Below are positions 52,675-64,000 of a stretch of 64,000 nucleotides of DNA, in pieces. How positions within the stretch are numbered: position 1 is the first letter of the stretch; the number at the start of each line of letters is the position of its first letter. The notes beneath the pieces were generated by a model that saw only the letters and a list, made by a program, of their open reading frames with translations, had not been told where the DNA came from and did not search any database. The position numbers and the translations under genes were made by a program. Origin of the DNA: Ramazzottius varieornatus (lineage: Eukaryota > Animalia > Tardigrada); assembly GCA_001949185.1 (NCBI GenBank), contig BDGG01000006.1, forward strand, positions 1,842,827 to 1,906,826. The letters run 5' to 3'.

Positions 52675-55204
52675 TATTGTATTGCAGGACATTTTGACCT
52701 CACCAATTTGAAAAAGTGTCTTGCTTACTGTACAAACGGGTGCGTGGTACCCTAGAACTACGCTTCGACCCGTTATATCGCGATCCATTATTATAATTAG
52801 GCTACCAACTCAACTCGCAAGCACACTGTGGCGTAGGCTGACTCGGTTAAATTTTTAACCGAAGTGAATGACACCATCAACGAACACACTCGAGAAAGGA
52901 AGGGCCAAACATAGGGCTAAATCGATTCTGCCTCGGCAGAAATCTTTATGTGGACCTTACTGATGCGAAAACTACGTGTTTCCAGTATGGGAATGGGCCA
53001 CAATCAGGCCCTGAACGATTAGACATTTGCGCTGGAAACAAGGCATCATGACACTTGTCACTGGAGGAAGGGCAATCTTCAACGTAAAGTGGTTGTTTAC
53101 GCAAAGGAATCTGTAGCTTTGGCTGAAGTTATCCCAACAACGATCGATGGTTCATGGCGGCATCGCCAGCATAACCATTGCTCATCCTTTTTCGGTGATT
53201 AGCCCTTAACGCGCCTGTCATCCCGTCGTCCGTCAGTGCTTTTCGTCCGAGAACGGTGCCACTTTAGAACGAAGCTCAAGTTTATGGGCCCTTTTCTCAT
53301 GCGCAACTTGACCCTTGTTGTGAACAAGCAAATAGCTTTTCACCGTTAGAGCAGACACAACAATGCGAAGACCGCGGGCGACCGGATGGAAGAAAGCACG
53401 TAGAAGGTTTGTAGTAATACGATATTTGTAACCGTACTACAGGATCATATGGCAGGTTAAAGAGCATATGGTCGGCGGAATCTCAGAACAGCAGGAATAC
53501 CAAGAAAACCGGCGCACCGGATGGGTCTGTTTATCCAGTAACGCCACACCTTTCTCTTCACATAGCGATGAATGGCTCTGGTTACCATCTACGCTCCAGA
53601 TCCGCCCGTGATTTAAAGACCTCAAAGACGCAAACATCTTAAATCACTCCAACCTCGAAACACAAAAGCACATTAGAGGTGCGGTTCACTTAACTGATAT
53701 GCAACTGAGGTCCGCGTGTCACATATGGACTGGCTGGTGGCGGGTGGCGACATCTCTAAAACCTCTAAAACCTGTTCTGCTCAAGCCTCTCGACCACACA
53801 ACCACACCTCCCTCCACATCACAGTTCCTACCCAGCGAAAAACCAGTTATGGTAAACCCCTCAGTTCTGATAGCCGAGGTACTGTCTCGTCAACATTTCC
53901 TACTAAAGACGAGCCATGGCCATGGCCGACTACAGTATGGACCGATCAAGACAGACTGGAATTGCACAAGTTTCGACCAACCTGGGACTTGGAACAATGA
54001 CGGACAGTGAGCCATTTCGAGAAGTTCCAGTGCTGAATATCGGTGGTTCAAAGTAATATTCCGCCAAACTGGCCAATTGCAAGTGCTGAGGTCCAGGGCT
54101 GGATGCACGACTAATTTGCTGCCAACTTCGACGGCGATTGTTACCGAGATCGCCATTGCGCTGAGTTTTTATTTCCTCATGCTTCAACAACAAGTTCTCC
54201 AACGTGACCTTTTCCGGGTTCAACCTCAGCGCACTACTAGCTGTCCCACAGCCCAGCATTTCGTATTCCTGACATAAACCCGATGAGAATAAGACGTGAA
54301 GGTCGGAAAATGTCGGTGATCATGGAAAGCTTAAAGAATGAAGACTTTTTGCACAAGCTTGAGACTGGTTAGAGCCAGATCTTTGTGATGACAAAGGATC
54401 AACGAACCATAAGGAGGATGCAAAGTATGCATGCGCAGCATAAGGCTTTCATTACGGATGATCGGTAAATTGATCACTGCTCATGTCTGGTCCTTTCTTT
54501 GGGCTTCGGTTCACGTAGTCGAAGAGCCACATTATCCGGCTGGGATAGTCAAGCGGAATTAGCTCTTTTCAGTCATGACTCGATAATAATATCACCCACA
54601 ATACGACCTTGCGTATTCAGCATCCAGGAAACGTTTCCAACGACACACGTAAGAAACATCGATACACGGAGCAAAGTCAAGAGCTGCCCTTAAAATCCCA
54701 AAATAAAACAGGGGTTTTACTGTAGGGAAGCCTCGAATGTAAATATCGATGTTATTGTTGGGGAGCTATCCTTAGCTTGTGTCACATGCATATGAATAGA
54801 AGGTGTCAGCAAGCATTGTAACCTACGCGTTGGGTAAATGAAAGTGTAGAGTCAGGAACGAAGGAAAGGTAATGAAGGCCGGATACGTGGATGGCAGCAA
54901 TTACAGGTGCCACAGTAAACGGCACAATGTGGCAACCTCGTCACTGTACGTGGCACTGTGCTGCAGACTATTCAGGACCTTCTAATTGGTTAATTTCGGC
55001 TCGGCGATAATCAGCACCATTCATTCCGCACATATCTCATCTTCCCAGCCCCCCACAAGGAGAATCCTGGATTCTGCTGTGATGACAACACCCATATTGC
55101 TCCGGCAAGCACGTAGTTTTCAAAGAAATATCTAGGTTCGCTGCGAGGAATACAGCGAACGAATGACGTACAGCTCGGGCAAACGGCCATATGCTTACGA
55201 TATT

Positions 55205-55970
55205 CAGGGCGCTCGCACCAACTTGCTACCACCTATAAAATCATGTCTTTGTCGACTGGGTAATTACTCAACTTTCAAACTAATTTTCCCTGGTCTGACA
55301 TCCTGTTCACAACCTCGTGAAAAATAACCGACCCGAAATCTTTTCAGAAAGAGTCGTAAGCGACGTTGAGCTGAAGCAGGAGAGAAGCCAAAAGTCCATC
55401 AACTTTCGAAGTTTTTGAGGTCTTTTCGAAAAATTATTTTTCGACTTTTCCGTTGACGTCATGCGGTACTGTGACCGAAAACAAACAGACCACGAGCTAG
55501 GACAATCGAAAAGAGGTCGAAATAACAAATCTGTCGATCAGGTCAAAAGCTGGAATTTTTTTCAAAGAGCAAAGTTTGCCGGCAAAATAGCCGAATTCGC
55601 TGTTTGAAATTTATTTGCTGAGTTATCATGATTTTCCCGTGGATCTTTTTGATTTTCACGTACAACCAAGACAGTTATTGGCCTGTTGATATCAGATGTC
55701 GGATCGAAAGTCTAACATGGGGTCCTGAGGACAACAGTTTTGGTCGTTATGATAGGTCTTCCCCATGGTCGTTATCATAGGTCTTCCCCATCGGAAGTCA
55801 CACCAGTCAAATTCTTCAAGCTGCTGTTCAATATTATAAGACGGCTCATGGCTCAAACGAAACAGCTTAAAAAGTTGTACGGATAGTGTGGAAGAACAGG
55901 TGGAAAAGAAGTAATCTGATTTTTCCCTCCAAGAAATGACAGGTGGTGGCAAGTTAGTGCGAGCGCCCTG
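55205..55970. mobile_element. MITE family A, second copy in the opposite orientation
   Basis: Same TIR; internal sequence is a diverged reverse complement of 23333-24051, with an extra 25-bp tandem duplication at ~55742-55791. Confidence 0.9.
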
Positions 55971-58900
55971 TAGTATCGGGCAACGATGTTACGATGTTGC
56001 AGTACAGTCAACTGTGCGAATTATAGCTATAACACTGTTTACCTGCGCCCGCTAGATATGCCCAGAAAAAATCGCTACTGACTCTCCACACGAAGTGAAC
56101 GCTGGCTACCGATGAATACGCAGGGTTCGATCACCCGGAACTTATCTCCTGATGCAACAAGCCGCTAAGTGCATAATGTATACTCTATGTCTGAAGTTTT
56201 TCCAGGATTTCAGTTGGCATGCTCATAGTGTCCATTGATAAGCGGACATTGTGCGTTGTATCTTTTGGCGTGTACAAAAATCACAGTATCAACGCTACAC
56301 ACAATTCCTCCCATACCGGAACCGGTATACTATGACTTCTTTCGTGAGAACAAGGATCAACTCGATCGAGAAATGCTAAAGATTATCCAACGAACCACCT
56401 CAGTAAAGGATGTTTTGTACTCCTTAGCAAACGTCGCAACTGCAGCACCCTGCAGTGAGAATAGACGATTTTCTGTTCTGTATTAGCGGTGGGCCACCCA
56501 TGAGCGAAGCTGAGACCGAGGACTGTCGGAAGATGGAAAAAAGAGGCTTTGCGGGCGGAGTGTCAAGAATTGTGCCTCAGTTCGGATGGGTAAACACCGA
56601 AGCTGTACTAGTTAGAGCTAAGATTTTCCACATTTGTACTCGGCCCACTACGCTTTCCTGATTGCCCGATTCCTCCGCCGTGACAATATCAAGGGATTGG
56701 ATTTCTGTGGAGAGCTTTTGCAAAGATCAACAGTGGCTGACAATTGTACTAAAGTACATCTGATGTCCTGCAAACACGAACTATCAATACTGAAAAGTAT
56801 TCCTTAAAGACTTATTAATAGTTCGTCACCGAAGTGCTTTCGTCACAGAGGCAACGAATATTCACCCGAGTCAGCCATCTTTGCTAGGGTGAAACCCACG
56901 AACGAAGAATCGGTACGCTATAAGAAATCCATAAGGTTACGGCAAGGTATCAAGCACTCGATCAATCCGCTGCTACTCAATCTCGCTGATTCTACAGACG
57001 TTGGTTTTCAATGTTTCTTCCAAGAGCCCAGCCATAGAAGTTCCAGCGGTGAAGAGGAATGCACCGCATTACAAAATTTTTAAATAACACTGAACATTTA
57101 ATGATCCAACGTTCGCGAGACGGGTGAAGCTTCATTTAACCGGCTAGCTATAGATGGCAGCACCGTGCCGGCGTGCGAATTCGAGAGGGGGCCGGGCTGA
57201 TCATCCCAAGCTGGCTTCGTATTGCGAAATCGAGAAAAAGACGTAGAAAGTCCCGCGGATCTCCCTCCCAAGACCTGACTTTCGCCGTTGGGATACTAAG
57301 TTACACTTCTCGCGTAGCTCAGGGCGTAGTTTTCATAACGTGATCTGTTCTGCGCGTACAAAACAGACGATGCACATGAGAACTTACTTGGCGATACTTT
57401 TTCCGGATAGTCGTCGAAAATTAACGCGATATCCATCATGGTCAACATTAGAAGAGTCGCGTCGAAGAGAGTGATGGTATATTCCGGGCATGCCTGACCA
57501 AATCACCCACATAAGAACGTCGCTCATCTACGAGAAGAAACTCCCTAAGAAAAATCCGTCAATGTCCACACTTTTTCGTAGGCCAGAACAAAGACTCATG
57601 GAAGGTTTGGTAAAATACGATGGGGAGCTGAGATAGAAAAGAAACACGATCGAGTTGCCTGTAGTTCTGGAGAGCTAACTGAAGACTTATAAAGTAAACG
57701 GCACGTCGTTACGGCAATCTCCTGAAAAGCTTGGGCGTTTATTAATGAGCTGAAAGAGGAGATGTGACAGGACAGCGGAAATGCATTTCGCCTCAAAGAT
57801 CAAACGGACGTGATTGTGCCTTGTGCACTAGAAAAGCCCACTGCTCTCCACGTAATTAGGGGCCAGGCGGAACTACAGGGCCTCCGAGCGTCGGGCGGAA
57901 GACCTGATCTTACTTCCTGGCGTGACAAAACATTAGCCAACGAGAAAAGATGAGGAAGCAATAGGCAATCTAAATACGTTAGCTCAAGTTAGCTAAGTAG
58001 ATTAGGAGGCCAAAATGTATCCGAATGAGCAAACAATTTCTCTGTGGGGTTCCCTATCTACGCGCCTCCCACGTCTTCGAGGAAAATTCCTCTTCATTCC
58101 AAAGCAAAAGAGAAGAAGTTAGCACCACATCACTTTCCACTTCCTTCATACGTCCATCCATCAGGTCTTACTCTTCTCAGCTATCACAAGCACCAAGTTG
58201 TTAAACGAAGAATTTAGCGGGATTCGACCGTAGTGGCCACACGCTGCCGGTTTCATAACAGAAAACCAATGTTGCAGGCTCGTTAACAATATTGAACAAG
58301 GCTCGCCCAGCATCAGCAACAGCATGCCAATGACATGGTGAAACAACAGTCAGCCCCCGCCGGCCATCCGGTGGGATAACAGCAGAGGCGTCATGCTGCA
58401 AATTTCCAGTTTTCTGTCACAGAAGTTCTTTGTCCTGGTCTTTCAGTTTGGTACTGTAGGTGTAAAGTTCATTCGGCCAGTTCTTCTCTTGCATAAACTT
58501 GCTTTCGGATTACCAGAATCCAATTCTTGATCGCTCCTTTACCCGACACAATGCTGAAACTTGTGCTTATCGGTTTAGCGCTTCTGATGCTGGTGGACCG
58601 CTGTACTTCATATGCAGTTAAGTCTTTTCAACATTTTTCACATTCAGAGTTCATTTGGTTTTCGGCGGCCCAATTTCCGGACCATCGTTTTGTCTCCAAA
58701 GAACTCTTTTTCGACATGAAGTCTGAGAGAATATTCAGGGGCATCGGATGGTAGCTTTCCCGTACCTCGCCGTGGCTCAAAGTCTCACAGAACTGTTCGC
58801 CCTTTTGGGAAGATTTTTCAGGTATCTTCAGGTTGATTAACAACCGAAACACCCCAGCCCGGGGGGTTAATGTCAAAACGTCTACCCACACATTTTCGTT

Positions 58901-60158
58901 CTGCATGACGGCATGATGACGTCGAAGCTTCTTGAGCTAAAGATTCGAGCCCCTTCACACTTTCCCGACGCAGCCATCTGACCGCTGGTCAGAAATCAGA
59001 TCTACTTCAGATTCGTGTTCCTCGATGTCTGTATCGTGTTACCTCATCAGCAGTTACAAAAAGCCCTTGGGGTGCCAAAACTTCAAAACCGTTTCCTGAA
59101 CAATCGTGTTATTAGTCAATGTTCCGGAAATTGGGCTGCCGAAACCCATCACAATGTCTTCAAGTGTTTGACTGATAATACATCTATTCTTTGTCGTAAA
59201 ATTTCCTGTTTGAAGTACGAGTGAAGCGCGTTCATTTTTCTTGCAGACTACATAAGAGTTAGAAGTGGCGCCGCGCAACCGATCCCGATGAAAATCAACC
59301 AAGACCCACAAGGCCGGGGAGCGGTGAATACCGGTAACAACCCCCCTGTGACCAAGGAGCTGCACGAGACGCCTTCCTTAGCAAAACCGAAACCCATGAG
59401 GAAGTCGGTTCTAAACTTACAAGAGTCTCCTGACATGTGAACGTGCAGACACATCTGTGTACATTGCCCTTTTTTGTCTATTTCTCTTGGGCAAAGACCC
59501 GCAAGATATCCTTGATTTTTCTCTAGATTTACGTCTCCCGCTTCACAACAGAAACAGTCACAAAACCATTTATCCACAGGGTTAATGTGTTTTTTTCATA
59601 TCGCTCGTTCTTACGTCTTGTAGTGTATGCTGTGTCTGGCGTGTGCCTGACTTCGTAAGTCAGATTGTGCAACCGTTACACGGGTCTGGCCTAACTATTG
59701 GCATGGAAAAAACTATGGGCAGCTACGTGCACGGCCTGTCACTGCATTTTCTTTCCCCTTTGCCCCCTTCCCCCAATACTTCTTCCTACTAGGGGCACTG
59801 CCGCGACACTTCACTTCCGGGTCCTGGAAAGTGTGTCGTCTTTCACACTACGCATATTTCTAGTCTGTAGAAATGCCTGCTTTCGTGCCGACAACCTTCG
59901 GAATCACTATGTTTTGAAGGTCGTATCCAGGTCTTGCACCAAGCCGAAAAGCATTGTAGCAGACACTTCTTTGCCGATTCTTGCGCATCAGGTATTCCGT
60001 CGGTGTTTTCTCCAAGGATGCACACCATAAACTACGTATGCCAACGCGAAAACACCGACTTGGAATTCGTTTTCTTTCAGACAATAGCACCAGTAATCAT
60101 AGTACCAAAGGTTCCCAGTATTTCCCCAGTGGTATGTACAGCAGGTAAACACTCCTCT

Positions 60159-63147
60159 TCACTTGATGGCCAGACCTAAATCAGGTCCGACCGTGGCCGG
60201 ATCCACGTCCATCGCACTATCACCCATACCAGCTGGCGCAGCCACCACTTTCAGTGTCGAAGGATCTTCCTCTTGCACGCCATACACTGCCGACACTCTC
60301 GGCGCTCGCCAGACACTCATCACCTTCCGCAGTACAGCCCGCGTTTCTTTGGTGGGACGGACGGTGGCGACCTCTACGCGGCCTTGCTGAACCGTGATGA
60401 TCAGGCCGGCTTTCTCTGACTTGATCTCAGCTTCCTGACTTCCTTCGGGGATCTTGGCGACCACGTCCTCCAATCCTTCTTTCATCAAAAGTCGGACCAA
60501 CTTCCAAGCGTCGCCTTGTTCCAAGCAGACCAAGGGATATTTGGGCTCGACAGGCGGGAGCTTCTTGTGGTCGATAGCAGGTTCGAGGATGTATTCGTTA
60601 TCGAGTGCTAGGATCTTACCGTAGATTCTTCCAGCCAAAACCTTCTTCCCTGAGAAATAAACAGTAGAAATTCGAACTTTATCGTGATGATGAAACTTTC
60701 GCCAATCTGGAATTTTATTCAAATTTAAATTCCAAGTCTCAAGCGAACATTATTCTGTTTCGTTCGAGCTGTGCTGAGGCGCTTTTCTACGCTATTTTAT
60801 TGATAACGATGAGCGCAAAGTTCGTTCATGCGAAATGGAAAAATTCGAACCTGAAGTATCGGAATTCTCTTGCATTGGAATGGAAGACAAGAACGCCGAG
60901 TGAGCGACCGTCTTGAGCCACTTATGGCCGATCGGTAACGCTACTCCCTTCTGGTCCGAGTACGTCTGGACCGTTGTCCCAACTGGACACTTCAGCTTGG
61001 CGTCACCATATTCTGTCCCGCCACCGTTGGCTTCCTTCAGGTACTTCTCATGCAAAATCACCATCTTCGGCTCGGTAGCTCCAAGAACTTTGGACAACTG
61101 TGTCAAGTTCAGCCTTGTATCCTACAAAATATTGGACGTGAAATTAATAAAATAAATGGAGGGCATTTACTGCCGAATTTTACCATTGGAAGATACTGGA
61201 CTTTCATGGCGAGGGGTTGATAAGGTGCGACCAGTTCGTCCACAGAGAACTCAGGCTCCGTCACGATGAGGCAGTTCTTCGGAGAAGTCTTCCATTGGGA
61301 CATGAGGTGAACAGCAGGCCCACATCGCAGACTGTGGTGTGAGCAGAAGACAATACACGGTACAACGTAGGACTCGGAGAACTTCCCGTCGACCGAGGGA
61401 AAAATCTTCAACCGGGAATTCTTCACCATTTCCCCGTGTGCGAATGGCTCTTCCGGCAAGTAAGCCTTGTCGCGATATTCTTTGGCCAGCCACTCTGAAA
61501 ACACCTGTAAAAGACCACTCATGATAAAAAGCCTGAAGAAATTCCTTCCGTTAGGAATTTAGACTTACCTGTGAGAGCGAAAGGATGCTGCGAGCGGTGG
61601 CGGAGATCACGTTAATAGGAATGGTCGTTGGCAGATCTTCCAAATACAGGTAGAAGTACTCGAGGAGATCGATGAGGACGTCAGGGTTCGAGAACGGGAT
61701 CAGAACGTTTCCTCCATTCTTCACAGTGTCGACAACAGTTCGACCGATGACTTTCAGCGACTCACCCACAACTCTGGTCGGTTCCATATTCAGAGAGGAG
61801 ACAATCATTACATCGGCCTTTTTCAGATCTTCCAAATCTACAAGACAACGAAAAGCATCAACGTGAGGATTACTACTGAAACAGAAGCTTGGTGAACAAA
61901 CTCGACCAGATTGCATTTCCAAGTAACGCGCGTTTACAGAGTTATTGGCTGGTAGCGTGCGCCGCTTAGGAAAGTCGACAAGACTGCTTTCCCAAGTGGC
62001 GCACGCCTCCAGTGTAGCTGGCTGACAGAATGCGCCACTTGGAAAAAACTAGCCTGATTGAGTTCGCCAGCTCTCAAGATTAATGAAGCGTGCTTCTACC
62101 GATCGGTGCGACGTGGGTTGTCAGCGTGGTAGAGTCCGACAAGTAGCAGATCTTTTCGTTGGGTGACTCGATCGTCCAGTTGCACGAGCCCATGGCGAAG
62201 CCAGAGCTAAAGGCTGTGATGGTGATAGAGTTTTCTAGAGGGATGACTTGGCGGAAGTTGATGACTTCGATCTTCTTCAAGGAGGCCTCGAAGATTTCCA
62301 TGGAGCATACTGCTTTCCACAGCGCTGGTCGGCATTGCTGGAATGCGGGCGGTAAGGAGGCGAAGTAGTCTCTGGACTTCCATCGTTCAGCGTGTGTCCC
62401 TGTACTGTAAGTCTCCAAGTAGTGACTCAAATCCTGGAGACGAAAGAAAGAGGGTAATGAACCGTATCAGCGGAGGTAGAAGTGAACTTCCGGTGTGAGT
62501 GTTAGAGATCAGGCATGTTTGACATGAACCCAACAGCCAGCGATACCGGGTTTCTATTCGGCGAGGCCAGAATGCATAATGGATAGAAACCAACGTAGAC
62601 AGTACTTAGCGATCTGTCCGGCAAGCCTGGTTTCTACTTTAACAGCTCATTGTATCACCAATCAACCGAACCACGTTTGATTGTTCCTGCTTCAGCAATT
62701 TCGACCATTTGCTCCGTTGCTCACCTGGAAGATGTCTTTGGCAAGCTGGATCGTAGGTGCCGTCGCGAATATCTTGCCGGTGAAGTTTTTGCCGTTGAGG
62801 AGGTGAGGTAGTGCATATATTTGGGAGAAGTTGGACAGGAGAATGTAGTGGATGTCAGCTGGATCAACGTACTGGAACTGCGGCACTTCTCCTTGCAAGG
62901 CACCGTTGATTAGCACACGTGCATCGTTCTCGAACAGCTCGTTAGGTTGATCGGTGTACCAAGACTTGGCTGGCTCCCATGGCTTGAGCTGGGAAAGTGT
63001 AGGAGTGAAGATCTGGGTGACGGGAAGGAATCTGAGAGAAGGCTGAAAATCCCAGGCGCAGTCCAGTAGGATGAACGTATCTCCGTACTGGAGGAAGAAG
63101 CAAGGCCGGTTGGGACTAGCTGACAGGGATCGGAGGGAGCTCTCCAT
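60159..63147 (-). CDS. INTS9: Integrator complex subunit 9 (inactive metallo-beta-lactamase/beta-CASP)
   Basis: LSASPNRPC..ILLDCAWD..LRFLP, ILLSNF..ALP, IFATAPT, SSGFAMGSCNWTI, GGNVLIP, EWL..KAYLPEEPFAH and PCIVFCSHHSLRCG motifs. Confidence 0.93.
61920..62041. repeat. Two 49-bp palindromic units with a 73-bp period, in an INTS9 intron
   Basis: Units at 61920-61968 and 61993-62041. Confidence 0.9.
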
Positions 63148-63408
63148 GTTTTGGAGTGAGGATGTTCGATAAGACTGGTTGCTGGACACTGGAGAGGAAG
63201 ATCCGTGAAGATAATTGTTTATCAGTCAAGTTGAGTCAGCAGACTGATGCTATGGAACGCTCGATCAAGTGAATCAACCGGGAATACTCAATGGCCAAAC
63301 TACAGAGGGTGGTATCAAAATTCCAGGGTTCGACGTTGTAGCACAGTCTACCATCACCCTTTGTGATCCACCGGTAACCAACGGTATCGGACAGACCCCC
63401 TCTCGCAC

Positions 63409-63901
63409 TCACAGAGTCACTATTGTTTTTCTGGCCTTCTTTCGGAATCTTTTCAGATCCATCATTCCATCTCGGTACAAACGTGCACTTTGTACTTTCA
63501 CGTTTGTACCGACACTATTCGCAGATAATTTCCTGCGTAGGTTTCCTCGAGGACAGGACTTGCCATGGGCGATGCAGATAACGAGATTCTGACCAGCAAC
63601 TTCATCGTGGCTGAGATGTGGCAACGTCTCCCCATATTTCTCAAAGATGAAATCTTTGGATACCTGAACGTTGAGCATGGAAACCGACTTAGCAGGTATT
63701 AGCGTGCTCTGTCCTTGCGATGTCCGTTTGTTCACCCTCGAATTTTCAGAGTTGCTACAGACTGGGAAGTGTCTTTGGCGCGACACGCGCCGTTCAACCG
63801 GGGATATGTTTTCTTCCAATGGCCTGAAAAGCCCTTCGAGCACTTTTGCTGGTGCGAGGACCAAATCGAACAATTCTTCTGGAAGAAGGAAGGTCTGAAG
63901 C
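63409..63901 (-). CDS. Probable last exon of an unidentified gene that starts beyond the window
   Basis: Open frame of ~160 codons after a ctcctttag acceptor; no recognised domain. Confidence 0.4.
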
Positions 63902-64000
63902 TAAAGGAGGGTACGGTCAAGCATTTCGTCGTTCTGGACATGACAGCTACGCGATGCCTATACCACCGCGATGTCATCGGGGCAAAAATTAGTGGCCCTC

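Noticed and set aside
53699-54277. Overlapping ORFs resembling a retroelement relic
   Set aside because: No convincing RT, integrase or YR motif by eye.
56235-57083. Possible small spliced gene on the plus strand
   Set aside because: Could not build a phase-consistent model with a credible start and intron sizes.
57149-57163. CTCF-like motif TAGATGGCAGCAC
   Set aside because: A single partial match is not distinguishable from chance.

Overview
Compact, intron-rich invertebrate genomic window (short GT-AG introns, roughly balanced GC). A tardigrade such as Ramazzottius is my guess from gene compaction and style, not something proven here. The first ~27 kb is gene-dense: a winged-helix+RRM gene (-), a Skp1 paralogue (+), MICU1 (+), an hnRNP F/H/glorund-like gene (-), RCAN/calcipressin (+), a testican/SPOCK-like gene (-), a stand-alone PAL amidating lyase (+) and an SLC6 monoamine transporter (+). 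27-44 kb is a mobile-element island: a dead mariner, a pseudokinase, several MITEs, a complete pogo DD35D transposon inserted into a MAGI-like PDZ-GK gene, a hAT fragment inside another inverted-repeat element, and a decayed DIRS/Ngaro retroelement. The rest holds Shaker/Kv1 (-) with a long upstream region, INTS9 (-) and the 3' end of another gene. Most notable: (1) a fixed-length 49-bp palindrome family found only in introns; (2) a monoamine transporter with two substituted Na1/Cl-site residues; (3) an apparently intact, intron-containing pogo transposon with perfect 29-bp TIRs that splits a MAGI-like gene. All exon boundaries were inferred by eye.
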